Assembly: GCF_009914755.1 (NCBI RefSeq)
Contig: NC_060943.1
Source: the human T2T-CHM13v2.0 reference genome, Homo sapiens
Direction: 5' to 3' (one strand)
DNA: 64,000 nt
Below the pieces are notes generated by a model. The model saw only the letters and a list, made by a program, of their open reading frames with translations, did no database searches and was not told the origin of the DNA. A program made the translations under genes and the position numbers. How positions within the stretch are numbered: the stretch's first letter is position 1; each line of letters starts with the position of its first letter. This document shows positions 19,771 to 41,436 of the stretch, one piece after another.

Positions 19771-19813
19771 AACTTTTCTTTTTCTTTTCTTTCCTTTTTT
19801 TTTTTTTTTTTGA

Positions 19814-19972
<159 letters not shown>

Positions 19973-20433
19973 TAGTAGAGATGGGGGTTTCACCATCTTG
20001 GCCAGGCTGGTCTTGAACACCTGACCTCGTGATCCACCTGCCTCGGCCTCCCAAAGTACTGGGACTACAGGTATGAGCCACTGTGCCCAGCCGACAAAAC
20101 TGTTCTTATTCAATTTCCCTAAGTCTGTCATTTTTCCTTTTTCTATATGACTGAATGCTAAGCACCTCTTAGGTCTTCGACCTAGAATGCAGCTGCTTGT
20201 TACTGATTTGCAACAGTATTTCTCAGTTATAAACTACAAAATAAATCAGTGTGCATACTGGAAACCAGGGCAATGATAAGGCAGAAAGAAAACATCCTAG
20301 CCGTCTTCTGCGAGACAGAAGGGATGAGCAAAACGGCCCACCATGCACATAAGGGCTGAGACAAGATCAGAGGTGTGCTGCCGCAGCTCTAGTCACACAC
20401 AGGAAGTGCCTTTTTTTTTTTTTTTTTTTTTGA

Positions 20434-20700
<267 letters not shown>

Positions 20701-20738
20701 TGATCTGCCCGCCTCCGCCTCCCAATGTGCTGGGATTA

Positions 20739-20903
<165 letters not shown>

Positions 20904-21045
20904 TCATCATCTTGTCCCCAAGAGTAAAGATCTTCCATACTGAGAAATCAAACCAAACGAGATCTGCCACTCTGACTGTAGATAAGTCGCCTTATGAAAA
21001 TGCAGTACAATCATATTTCATGTGAATTTGATTTGCACAAAATCA

Positions 21046-22383
<1,338 letters not shown>

Positions 22384-22947
22384 TCACACTATGGTCCTGC
22401 AGTGGTGTATCCTGGTGCCTAAGCAGAAGCACCAATCATCCTCTTCCAGTGTCACTTGGCAGGTGTTTACTGAGTACCTACTATGTGCCACACACCATTC
22501 TGGCATCAGAGACACAGACAGGTAAGGTTTTTACACATGTGGCAGTTAAGAGGGAGGGAGTGAGACACCAAAAATACACACCAACAAGAAACCCATCAGC
22601 CGTGGCAGTTGCTCTGGGGCAACTGGGGTCACATGACAGTGATGGTTAGAAGGCTTTTTGGAATTTCCATGTCTCTGAGGTGACATCAAAGCTGAGATCA
22701 GAATGAGAAGGAGAAATCAACCAAGAAAAGGACTGGAGAGAGGTATGGTTTAGGCAGAAGAAACAGCCAAGCACAAAGGCCCTGTGAGAACACACTGGGT
22801 TCAGTACTGGCTGTTTGAGACCAGGCTGCTGAGTGTTAGGGGTGAGGGAGAGAGCTACGAGAAGTTAGACTGGCAAGTGGAGATTGACTCTAAGGGCCTT
22901 GAAAGTCATGGGGACAACTCTGGCTTTTGCTTGCTTGGGTTGGGAAC

Positions 22948-23362
22948 TATGGTTGGCAGGATAATGGCTCCCAAAAGGGTCCACATGCTTATCCTCAGAA
23001 CCCTAAATATGGTACTTTACAAAAAATGGGAAAAATAATTCTGCCAATGTAATTAAGTTTAAGGACCTTGAGATGGAGAGATTAACCCGGATTATCTGGG
23101 GGGGCCTACTGTCATCACATGACCCTTAAAGGTAGAGAACCTTTCCCAGATGTGGGCAGAGAAAGTCATGATGATGTAAGGGTTGGAGAGATACTATGTT
23201 GCTGGCCTTGATCATGGACGAAGGGACCATGAGCAAGGAATGCAGGTGGCCTCAACAGGCTGGAAAAGGCAAGGAACCAGCCCATGGGCTCACTGGGCAA
23301 CACCTTGATTTTAGCCCACTGTGCCCATGTGGGCTTTCTGACCTACCGAAATGTAAAATCGG
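22948..23362 (+). mobile_element. MaLR LTR (MLT1D-like), partial, embedded in L2-like sequence
   Basis: GGCAGGATAATGGCTCCCAAAAG...TAATTAAGTTAAGGACCTTGAGATGGAGAGATT...GCTGGAAAAGGCAAGGAA. Confidence 0.65.
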
Positions 23363-24091
23363 TGGCTCATGCCTGTAATTCTAGCATTTTGGGAGGCCGA
23401 GGCAGGCAGATCGCTGGAGCTCAGGAGTTTGAGACCAGCCTGGGCAACATGGCGAGACAATGAGCTGGGACAAGAGGCACGCACCAACACACCTGGCTAA
23501 ATTCTGTATTTGTTGTAGAGACAGGGTCTCGTTATGTTGCCCAGGCTGCGCTCAGCCAAGAGAAGAATTTCATGGAGAGAAGAGTAATCTGTGAGAAATG
23601 CTGCTGAGAGATCAAGCAGAATAAGAACCCAGAAGAGAATCTGAGGCTGGGCACGGTAGCTCACGCCTGTAATCTCAGCACTATGGGAGGCTGAGGTGGG
23701 AGGACCAGTCTAGGCAACATAGCAAGAACCTGTCTCTAATAAATAAATAAATAAATGAATAAAGAGAATTCGGATTTAGCAACATGAAGGTCATAGGTGA
23801 CTCAGCGGAGAGGGAACAAGGTTGGGAGAGAATGTGGAGGTGAGGAGGAAGCGGAAGCAGCAATCACAAAGTCTTTGATGTTTATCATAAGGGAGATCAA
23901 ACAAACATAACAGGTGCTAAAAGACAGGGTGTGTGTTAATCATGTTTTTTTTCTTTTTCTTTTTGAGACAGGGTCTTACTCTGTTGCCCAGGCTGGACTG
24001 CAGTGGCCATGCTGTGCCCGAACTCAAGCAATCCTCCTGCCTCAGCTCCTGAGTAGCTGGGACTACGGGTGGTGCTACCATGCCTGGCTAA

Positions 24092-24223
<132 letters not shown>

Positions 24224-24239
24224 TAATTATGTTTTTTTT

Positions 24240-24763
24240 TTATCTTGCTTTGACATTGTGGGGCTTGGAGTGACTGCCCTTCCCAGGGCTAGCTTATTAC
24301 TACAGACAGCAAACAACTTGCCAAAGAACATGCCATTCATATGCAAATCAACCAATCAAAAGCCCACATTCCCAATCATCTTCTTCATTTAATGCTCACA
24401 CACAAAGCCAATAATTTCCCAGCCCTAAATCACCCCAGGGCCAGGTACTGACCAACTAGAGACCACTCCTCTAGCACAGAGCCTGCCAAAATTATTTAAA
24501 CTATCTAACCTAAGCTTGCTCAAACTTGCCTGCCATGCCATGCCATGCCCATTCCTTCCTGAGGAAATCACTATAAAAGTTCTGGGCCGTGCTTTCCCTC
24601 TCTCCACTGTCGCCCACTGACCCAGGTGCTTCCCCATGTGGCCCTGCCTGGCATGGTGTGCCCCCTCCTCTGGAGCTGTAAGTAATAAACTTCCCTTTCA
24701 ACAGGGCAGTTGTCTCCATGTGTGTCATCTTACCATACCTGATTAAAACAAATCCCGGGTACA
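24240..24763 (+). mobile_element. ERV-type LTR fragment (MER74-like)
   Basis: CATATGCAAATCAACCAATC...CCCCAGGGCCAGGTAC...AATAAAC; ends GGGTACA. Family assignment from memory. Confidence 0.55.
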
Positions 24764-24782
24764 AAGCAAGGCCAAAGGGTAA

Positions 24783-25040
<258 letters not shown>

Positions 25041-25231
25041 TAGGCATGAGCCACGGTGCCCAGCCTGTTGTCTTTGACTGTTCTTAAAGATAGGAGGTAC
25101 TAGCACATGTTTATATGCCAAAAAGCCAGTCTAGAGAGAGAATTTGATGATGCAAGGATAGAGTAAATGGCCAGGCGCAGTGGCTCACGCCTGTAATCCC
25201 AGTACTTTGGGAGACTGATGTGGGCAGATCA

Positions 25232-25852
<621 letters not shown>

Positions 25853-26098
25853 CTACTTGCTGAGGCACAAGAATTACATAAATTCAGGAGGTGGAGGTTG
25901 CAGCGAGACAAGATCACATCACTGCACTCCCGTCTGGGCAACAGAGCGAGATTCCATCTCAAAAAAAAAAAAAAAAAAAAAAAAAGGAATACAACTGGGG
26001 TGCAGAACTAAGATCTTTGTCTCTGAACTTCAAATATAAAATGTTTGTGGGGGATGAGATGACATATGAACTTCCAAAAATCTAAACCTGAACATTAG

Positions 26099-26237
<139 letters not shown>

Positions 26238-26348
26238 TAGCTGGAACTATAGGCGCGTGCCACCACACTCAGCTAATTTTTTATGTTTTTAGTATAGACA
26301 GGGTTTCATGGTGTTAGCCAGGATGGTCTCGATCTCCTGACCTCATGA

Positions 26349-26462
<114 letters not shown>

Positions 26463-26818
26463 TAAAATATTAAACATTTTCTTTCCATAGAAGCGGTATT
26501 AACATTAATTTAAATGGACTCTGATTATAGCTCATCTTCTGGAAATTTAACTTTTTCTCTTTAAAAAAAATATATTTTAATATAAAAATAGAAGAAACCT
26601 GGGGAACATGGTGAAACCCCAGCTCTATAAGAAATACAAAAAACTGTCAGACACAGTGGCTCACGCCTGGAATCCCAGCACTTTGAGAAGCCAAGGCAGG
26701 TGGATCACGAGGCCAAAAGATAGAGACCATCCTGGCCAACGTGGTGAAACCCCGTCTCTACTAAAAATACAAAATTCAGCTGGGCATGGTGGCGCGCACC
26801 TGTAGTCCCAGCTACTCA

Positions 26819-27202
<384 letters not shown>

Positions 27203-27599
27203 TCAAACTCTTGGGCTCAAGTAATCCTCCCACTTTGGCCTCACAAAGTGTTAGGATTACAGGCGTGAGCCTTGTTTCTGGCCTGGAAACTTAATTTTAA
27301 CAATAAGAGGAAAGAAAATGAAGTTGGCTCTTCTGCTTCTGTAAAGGCTCTAGGATTTTTTTTTTTTTTTTTTTTTTACCAGTTTTCTCCTTATAAAATA
27401 TTTTACTTTAGATACAGTAGAAAGCACTTTTTAATGCATACAAAGTAATTTCATAGTTTCTGTGGCTTACTATGAAAAGAAAACAAGTTCCCAAGCTTTG
27501 AGCATGTCTTTGAGCTAGCAGTGATCAAGCAGCTGCTGCAAATCAGTGAGGAAAAGGGGACTGACTAGTGAGACCTTCCCCAAGGGGATGAAATCACTT

Positions 27600-28112
27600 A
27601 CTTGGCAGACACACCCTAAGGTAACCCCCAGTGAGTCATGTCCTTATATAATCCTTTTTCCTTGAGTTCAGGAAGTACCTGTGACTTGCAATGTGCCAAA
27701 GGTGATGGTATCATCTCTGCCATGGTTATGTTGTTATCTAAGACTCCACCTTAGATGACTAGAGAGTCACCCACTGGCACCAGCTGCCATGTCATGACAG
27801 CTGGTGGCAGGAACTGCAGGCAGCCTCTAAAGCTGAGAGCAGCCTCAACTGACAGCCAGGAAGAAAGCAGGGACCTTTGTGCTTCAACTGCAGGAAGTGA
27901 ATTCTTCCATCAACCATGCGACACTGGGAGAGAACCCCATGCTCTGGATAGGAACATAGCCCAGCCAACACCTTGACTGCAGCCCTGTGAGACCCTAAGC
28001 AGAGGACCTAGCTAAGCTGTGCCCAGAATCCTGACCCAAGGAAACTGTGAGATAATAAATATCTGCTGTTTTAAGCTGCTAGGCTTGCGGTGATTTCTTA
28101 TAAAGCAATAGA
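27600..28112 (+). mobile_element. MaLR LTR (MLT1F-like)
   Basis: TGGCAGACACACCCTAAGGTAACCCCCAGTGA...AACTGTGAGATAATAAAT...GTTTTAAGCTGCTA. Confidence 0.65.
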
Positions 28113-28469
28113 GAGTTGATAATGAGATAGACTGGAAGCCAGAGAATGGGGACCGTTGGGAGAAAAATGGGGTTGGTGCTGGTATGTCTAACAAGTATAT
28201 GACACGTTATGGCTGGGTGCCGTGGCTCATGCCCGTAATCCCAGCACTTTGGGAGGCTGAAGCGGGCGGATCACCTGAGGTCAGGAGTTCAAAACCAGCC
28301 TGGCCACCAGCCTGGCCATCATGGTGAAACCCCGTCTGTACTAAAAATACAAAAATTAGCCAGGCATGGTGGCACATGCTTGTAATTCCAGCTACCTGGG
28401 AGGCTGAGGCATGACAATCACTTGAAACCAGGAGGTGGAGGTTGCAGTGAGCCAAGATCGCGCCACTGA

Positions 28470-28874
<405 letters not shown>

Positions 28875-30732
28875 TGAGTTTTTTAAAATGCTAATGTTTA
28901 TGAGAAAAATTCGAAAAAAAGGAAGAACAGTAAATCTTTTAAATTGACTTCCAAGGAGTCTTCTAACCTAAACAAAAACAAAAAAAGCCCAAAACCAAAA
29001 TTCTGAATATCATTTTTAAACCAATATTCAAAATCTATAGCAAAACAATTGAGAGTCATATAGAAAATGCCAGAAAGTGAAAGCATAGAGCTTTATCCCC
29101 CTTCAACCTCATTTATTCAATATTTATGGGACAAACATTTATTGTGGAAGTACCATATGCTGGTCCTTGTATAAGGGCTAAGGAACATGAAAATGAATAA
29201 AAACATAATCCACATTCTGGTATCTACCAACAGTATGTTTTAGCTGATAATTTTAGCTATAATTTACTTTCCCAAATTATAGAACAATCTGTTTTCCTCA
29301 TCAAGGTATCATTTTAAATTACTTGGGAATTTCATTTAAAGATATATTCAGAGATTTCAGTCCCTATGGAATAGAATACTACTTGAAAAAGTCTTCCTGA
29401 AAGCAACAATGATTCTAACACCTTAACCAAGGATAGATCGATTATCCTTGATTATTCTCAGTTCTAGAAGGATTATTTTAGCTGACAAAAGCAGTCAGCA
29501 ATATTATACATCTCCTGGAGACAAACCTAGGTACAAACAAAAATTTAGAACTTATGTTCCCTGCTCTTAAGAAGTAAAACTGCAGGCCGGGCGCGGTGGC
29601 TCACGCCTGTAATCCCAGCACTTTGGGAAGCCGAGGCGGGCAGATCACTTGAGGTCAGGAGATTGAGGCCAGCCTGACCAATATGGTGAAACCTCGTCTC
29701 TACCAAAAATGCAAAAATGAGCCAGGCTGTGGTGACCAGCGCCTGTAATCCCAGCTACTCAGGAGGCTATGACAGGAGAATCGCTTGAGCCTGGGAGGCG
29801 GAGGTTGTGGTGAGCCAAGATCGTGCCACTGCACTCCAGTCTAGGCAAGTGAGACCCTGTCTCAAAAAAAAAAAAAAGGAAAGAAAACTGAACTCCCACC
29901 TGGGCAACAGAGTGAGACTCCGTCTCAAAAACAAAACAAAACAAAACAGAACAAAACAAACCAGGACAAATACCTTAGAAAGGTCAGAATACTTTGCAAA
30001 GTACTTACACTGTGCAAGTCTGGAACAAACCGCGTGCTCACTCCTTACCTGGCAAGGAGTTCAAGGCCATGCTTGGTCGGACAGCAGCTGAGGCAGGCAG
30101 TCACCCCCGAGTCTCCCTTCCAAGGTCACGCCCACCACTCATGCCCGATGGGACCACAATGCATGCCTTCATGCTCCACGCCTGCCTTGCATGCATGCTT
30201 GCACCAAGCCTACAATGCCGCATCCACTTTCTTTGCCTAGGCAAAGCCTCAAGTCCAGATCTTGGCCATCTCCTCAAGGCTCCTTGTCCCCCGCCTGACT
30301 TCACCTAGACTCCAGAGTCATGCACTCTGATTGCCCATGCTCTACAAGCTCTAGTCTTGCTGAAGGGCTAACTCCTCATTGCCCTCTCTGGTCCCCGTGT
30401 CACCGCACTCTCCAATGTCTGCCTCTCCAAATAATGAATCTCCTTTCAGAACTCACTGCTGCATTCCCAAGCCCAGCACCAGACCTGGCACAAAATACAT
30501 GTTTATTGAGTAGATGACATTTAATTTGCGAGAATGTACTTTTAAAAGTGTCCTGTAAAGCCCGAGCCTGACTGTCTGATCTCCCACGGCACCCAATCAG
30601 CTGGGCTCCTCTGAGCAGGAAGCGATGTCAGATTTAAGTGAGTTTTGTAGGATCCCTGGGAAAAGCAGAGACAGGTGGCAGGCAGTACAGCCTCAGAGTT
30701 CAATAGAGCATGCCCAAATCTCCATCCAACTA

Positions 30733-33250
<2,518 letters not shown>

Positions 33251-34325
33251 CTATGCAGGCATTGCTGGGTTGCCTAAAACCAACTTCCAAATACATTTTT
33301 GGTTTTAGGTATGCCATCTCACACACCACACTGCTTGCTCCTAAAACATTATAACAGTGAGCATTTAGAATGGGTGGGATGGCTCATGACTGTAGTCCCA
33401 GCATTTTGGGAGGCTGAGGCAGGAGGACAGCTTGAGCCCAGGAGTTCAAAACCAGCCTGGGCAACATAGTGAGACTCTGTATCTACAAAAAAATGTTAAG
33501 GCCAGGCACAGTGGCTCATGCCTGTAATCCCTGCACTTTGGGAGGCTGAGGCAGGCAGATCACCTGAGGCCAGGAGTTCTAGACCAGCTTGGCCAACATG
33601 GTGAAACTGTGTCTCTACTAAAAATACAAAAATTAAGCCGGGCATGGTGGTGCATACCTGTACACACCTGTAATCCCAACTACTCGGGAGGCTGAGGCAG
33701 AATTGCTTGAACCCATGAGACGAGGGTTGCAGTGAACTGAGATCGCACCACTGTATCCCAGCGAGGGCAACAGAGTGAGACTCTGTCTCAAGAAAAAAAC
33801 AAAACAAAACAAAAAACCCAGGTTTGAAGAGAGAGCTATATTTTCCTTCTGAAAACAAACTTACGGCAACAAAACATGTTCAGAGGGCCTCACGACTGAG
33901 ATGAAAAATTCCTTCTTGCTAAACAGTTGAGTTCAACTGACTGCTGGGGTGATAAAAGGGGTGACTGGCACATTGAGAGTGGGCAGGATCAGAAAGATTT
34001 TCAAAAGCCTCACAGGATCAGTTGATCAGAAGAGACAATCTGCTTCCCAGCCCAGGTTGGTAATCTACCAGGCTGCAGGGTTTACTGTGAGGAGCTGTAT
34101 TTCCTCCAGAGGGGTGGAAATAGCCCATTTGAGGATGGATGATTTTTGTCTGGACTTGAGTGAACTTTAGGGCTTTGAGTTCATCTAAAGGCTAGGTCCA
34201 AAGAAATGAGGGAGATTTGAAGCTTCAAAGTCTCGAAATAAAAGCCCCGGGGGTCATCCCAATTCAGAAAGAGGCCAGAAACCAGGAACCAGCTACCTAA
34301 CACCTGTGTTATCAAGCATGAATAA

Positions 34326-34686
<361 letters not shown>

Positions 34687-34957
34687 TAACTGGCTGGCAG
34701 GGCGTGGTGGTTTATGCCTGTAATCCCAGCACTTTGGGAGGCCGAGGTGGGAGGATCACCTGAGGTCAGGAGTTTGAGAGCAGCCTGGCCAACATGGCAA
34801 AACCCCGTCTCTACTAAAAAAATACCAAAATTAGCCGGGCGTGGTGGCAGGCGCCTGTAATCTTAGCTACTCGGGAGGCTGAGGCAGGAGAATCTCTTGA
34901 ACCCAGGAGGCAGAAGTTGCAGTGAGCCAAGAACACGCCAGAGCGAGACTCTGTCTC

Positions 34958-34989
<32 letters not shown>

Positions 34990-35567
34990 CTGGCTGCATT
35001 CCATTCTAAATCTAAAGCCTGTCTAGGGAAACTAGAATCTCAGGAGATTGCTGCAAGGAAAATGCAGCAGCCCTGGGGCTGTGCTGGGCCTGAGGAAGGC
35101 CACATCTGAGCAGAGCTCACCCCTTAAGCAGCAATATCCCGGTCTGGAAAGTACAAAAGTAGCTTCCAGGACACACCCAAAGCTCTGCCTCTGCGGTGAC
35201 ATTCCTGGGTGTGTCAAAACCATCTTCCCCCTTTCCCAACTCCTACTAATCCCTCTAGAATCTCCTCAGTGTCATGAAACTACTGAATGCAAGGTGCTAG
35301 GCATTGATCCTGGCTCTGGGAACACAAAGTATAATAAAGCCACTGCTCTCCGACTAGCCTAACAGACATCACGGAAGGCACCCTCTCCTGGCACAGCTCT
35401 TCTGTGCTAGGAATTACCTCTACACAGCACATTCCTGTTATAACAATTATTTACAAGTTGGTCTCCCACACACCCTACTTCTCAGTGGGCTCCAAGAAGG
35501 CAGAGAACATCTTAGCCATCTTGGTTTCTCTAGCACCTGGTACAATGCTCCAAAAAGAATAAAAACA

Positions 35568-36870
<1,303 letters not shown>

Positions 36871-37292
36871 AAGAAATAGTTGTATGGTGACAAGGACTCT
36901 AATTTCTCAAACAGAGCATCTGAAACTACAAAAAGTGTCAACATTCCCTGAGAAGCAAAGGAAAGAAAGTTTGAAGAACAAATTTACTTTCTCTCCCCAA
37001 ACCATGAACTTGAGAGCAGGAAGAACTTGAGAGCTATGCCAGAACCCAGTTCAGTACCCAGATATTGTAAAGGTCCGATAAATATCGGCCAAATTTGTTA
37101 AAAATTCATTGAAGAACAGGCCAGGCACAGTAGTTCACGCCTGTAATCCCAGCACTTTGGGAGGCTGAGGTAGGCAGATCACCTAAGGTCAGGAATTTGT
37201 GACCAGCCTGGCCAACACGGTGAAACCCCATCTCTACTAAAAATACAAAACTAGCCACGCATGGGGCGTATGCCTGTAGTCCCGGCTACTCA

Positions 37293-37394
<102 letters not shown>

Positions 37395-38157
37395 TCACAC
37401 ACACACACACACAATTCATTGAAGAACAAATGCATGCATTATCCACCTTTTTATCTGCCTCTTCCTTCCTAGGACTGCTGTTTACCTGGCTTTGTAACCC
37501 CTCCCCACTACAGGGCTCTAGTGGGTACACAGTCCACACCACCAGACCCTAGTCCCATACCCAGAGACCGTCCCTCACCTTACAACAGTCCCCATTCAAC
37601 AAGGCCTCATCCTCCAAAAGGACTTCAGTCCTTTCCTTTCCTTTTCTGTAATAATCACTGCAGGACCCAGACACAGTGGGCTGCCTTGTGAAGCAGATTC
37701 TACGGATCCTGGCTGGCTGACAAGTGGTGAGTGGAGGTAAACGGGATGGGAGGTCTAAAAACTCCTTTATTTTTCCCCATTGCAACTGGAATAAATAGTC
37801 CGAACTCCCTATTGATTGTTATCCAGATGACAAAAACAAAACTATTTTTTTATGGAGACAGAGTCTCACTCTGTCGCCCAGGTTGGAATGCAGTGGCGCT
37901 TGAACCCAGGCACCTCCTGGATTCAAGTGTTTCTCCTGCCTCAGCCTCCCAAGTAGCTGGGACCATAGACATGCACCACCACGCCCAGCTAATTTTCGTA
38001 TTTTTAGTAGAGATGGGGTTTTGCCATGTTGGCCAGGCTGGTCTCGAACTCTTGACCTCAGGTGATCTGCCCACCTTGGCCTCCCAAAGTGCAGGGATTA
38101 CAGGTGTCAGCCACTGTGCCTGGCTGAACAAACAAAACTCTTTACTGAGATTCGTAG

Positions 38158-38427
<270 letters not shown>

Positions 38428-39521
38428 TGATTCACCTGCCTTGGCCTCCCAAAGTGCTGGGATTACAGGCGTGAGCCACCGCACCTGGCCCCAGCCTTCC
38501 TTTAAACTCAACTCTTTCCCTCCCTGGCTAGGAACTTTCTCTTCCCAGCCAGACTCCGCTTTTTACATCCTCTTTCCCACCTCAGGGCCTCTGAAGGTGC
38601 TGTCCTCTCCAAAGATGTTCTTCTCCACCTGGCTTCCTATAGCATGCAACCCCTATCCCTACAGCTTTTATTGCCATTTATTTTATTTTTTTCTTTTCTC
38701 AGATTGGTACAGGATGGTCTCACTATGTTGCCCAGGCTGGTCTCAAACTGCTGGACTCAAGTGATCCTCCTACTGGGAGGCAGCTGGGATTACCTACCCA
38801 TGCTACCATGCCTGGCTTATACTTTTTTGCTTTTGTTTGAGACAGGGTCTAGCTCTGTCACCCAGGCTGGAGTGCAATGGCTTGATTCGGCTCACTGCAG
38901 CCTCAGCCTCCTAAGTAGCTGGGACTACAGGCTTGCATCATCACACCTAACTAATTTTTTAATTTTATTTTTAGTAGAAACGAGGTCTTACTACATTGTC
39001 CAGGTTGGTCTCGAACTCCTGAGCTCAAGCAATCCTCCTGCCTCAGCCTCCTAAAGTGCTGTGATTAGAGATGTGAGCCACTCCACCCAGTCCTTATTTT
39101 TTGCTATTTACATTCCCTCCCCTAAATCATGTACTCGAGAGCAGGGACTATGTCAGCACCCGGTTCCCTATCCAGTTATTGTAAGGATTCAATAAAAATT
39201 TGCTGAATTCATTAAAAAGAAAATAGGTCTTCCATCTCCACCCACTCCTCTACTAACCCTTTTCCCAAAAGTTCTCGATGGTTCCCACACCAAGTTACCC
39301 CAGTTCAGTTCTTCAGTCTCCTGCAGACATTCCTGAGTCCCATTCCCCGCCACTCACTCTCCATCATCTGCCCTGGAAACTTCCCACCCACAGGCCGGGC
39401 TCGGTGGCTCGCGCCTGTAATCCCAGCACTTAGGGAGGCCGAGACGGAATGAGTGCTTGAACCCAGGAGTTTAAGCAACTATAGCGAGACCCCTGTCTCT
39501 ACAAAATATACAAAAAAATCA

Positions 39522-39665
<144 letters not shown>

Positions 39666-39849
39666 TCAAACAACAACAAAAAAACTTCCAGCCGCAGGAG
39701 TCCCATTAACGTACCCATTTAGTCATTCACTCGTCAAAAGTCCCGTACGTGCCCATTTCTCAGCCCTACTCCCTAAACCCCTAAACCCAACCTTCTCGCC
39801 CCAAGATGAGCTGCTGAAAATCCTTCACGCCACTGCTCGGCCCCATAAG

Positions 39850-40520
39850 GCCTATCCAGCCCGTTCCGTTTGAACCCCATACATCCCTTCGTCCTCGGGA
39901 CCCCCCTCCAGCCCTCCTCAAGCGCCCCTCGTCAGTCTGGCCTCCACGCCCCGTCCCCTCAGCCCGCCAACCTCACTGCCACGACCCTGCGTGGCCCCTG
40001 CCGAGCCCGCGGGCAGCACCTGGCCTGTGCCTCGTCCAGGCTCTGGTCGGTGATGGCCATGATCTGCTGCAGGACGTCGCTCGTGTCGAGGCGCCGCGGG
40101 GCGGGGGGCGATGGCGCGGGGCGCGGCGGGGCGGCCATGAGCGGCAGGGCCGGGCGGGCGCTGTGAGGGTGCCGTCGAGCCTGGAGCACTACCACTGGCG
40201 CCGCAGCCAACCGCCGCTGCCTGAGCGCCGCGCCCGCTCTCGCTCGCGCCTAAGCCACGCCCACCGCCGCTATCGCCAGCCAACCCGTGTATTGCACCGC
40301 CTACAGACACGCCCCTTCATCTCCGTCAGCCAACCGGCGCCACGCACCGCCCCCGGGACTCGCCCCGAACTTCCCCCTCTCCGGGCTTGGACTGGGTTTG
40401 GGGTTGCCGAGGCAACGGCACTTCTCATAAGCGCCCTCCTTCCCCTTGAGAGAGGGCAGCGCTGGCTCCGCTCCAGCCAGAGGCCCCCATCCCTCACATC
40501 TCGCGCGGTGCACGCCTCCT
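39850..40520. promoter_or_regulatory. PBX4: CpG island / PBX4 promoter
   Basis: Very high GC and CpG content; GC boxes (CCACGCCC, CCGCCCC, TCGCCCC) at ~40255-40370, upstream of exon 1. Confidence 0.85.
40020..40138 (-). CDS. PBX4: PBX4 exon 1 coding part (MAAPPRPAPSPPAPRRLDTSDVLQQIMAITDQSLDEAQAR)
   Basis: ATG at 40138, 119 nt, donor GCCAG|gtgctg. The LQQIMxITDQSLDEAQA motif marks the PBC-A domain of PBX TALE homeoproteins. Confidence 0.96.
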
Positions 40521-41148
40521 TCAGCCCCACTCGCATCTCCTCAGAGTTCCTGCTCCTCCTCAGGGCCCCCTTCTCCTCAAAGCCCTCGGTCCTCAGAGAC
40601 CCTCACTCCCCAGAGCACCCCAACTCTTCCTCCAAGCCACCCCCTCCTCCTCAGAACCCCACACCTCTTATAGCTTGATCGACAGCCCCCATTCATTTCC
40701 AGAAGCCCCAAGCCCCAGACCCCTGCTCAGTCCCCCTAATGCTCCCTGCATCCTCAGCCCCATCAGGTGGGCCACTGGGGCCCCTGGCTCTTCCTCTAGA
40801 GCTTTCCACGCCCCGTTCACCTGGCTAAGGCGGGGCGCAGGCGTGCGTGGTTGATGGCAACGAGGAGGTCAGAACGCAGCGCTTTTCTCCACTGCAGAAA
40901 TCAATTCCAGTCACCTTTCAAGGTCCAGCTGAAGAGTGACCTCGCTTGTTTATTCATCTTCGCAGATTACAGTTCTGGGCATAGAAAATGCTACCACGTG
41001 GTTACCGAATGAAGGAAGGATGTTTACTGAGAGACTCCCCTGCAGTGTACCCCAAATCAGAGCGAATCCTCACATCTTTGTTTCTAGTCCTTAGGACACA
41101 GCATCGAAGGCTCCTAGTGCACAAGAAAAGGAACTGGGCGGTGGCTCA

Positions 41149-41436
<288 letters not shown>

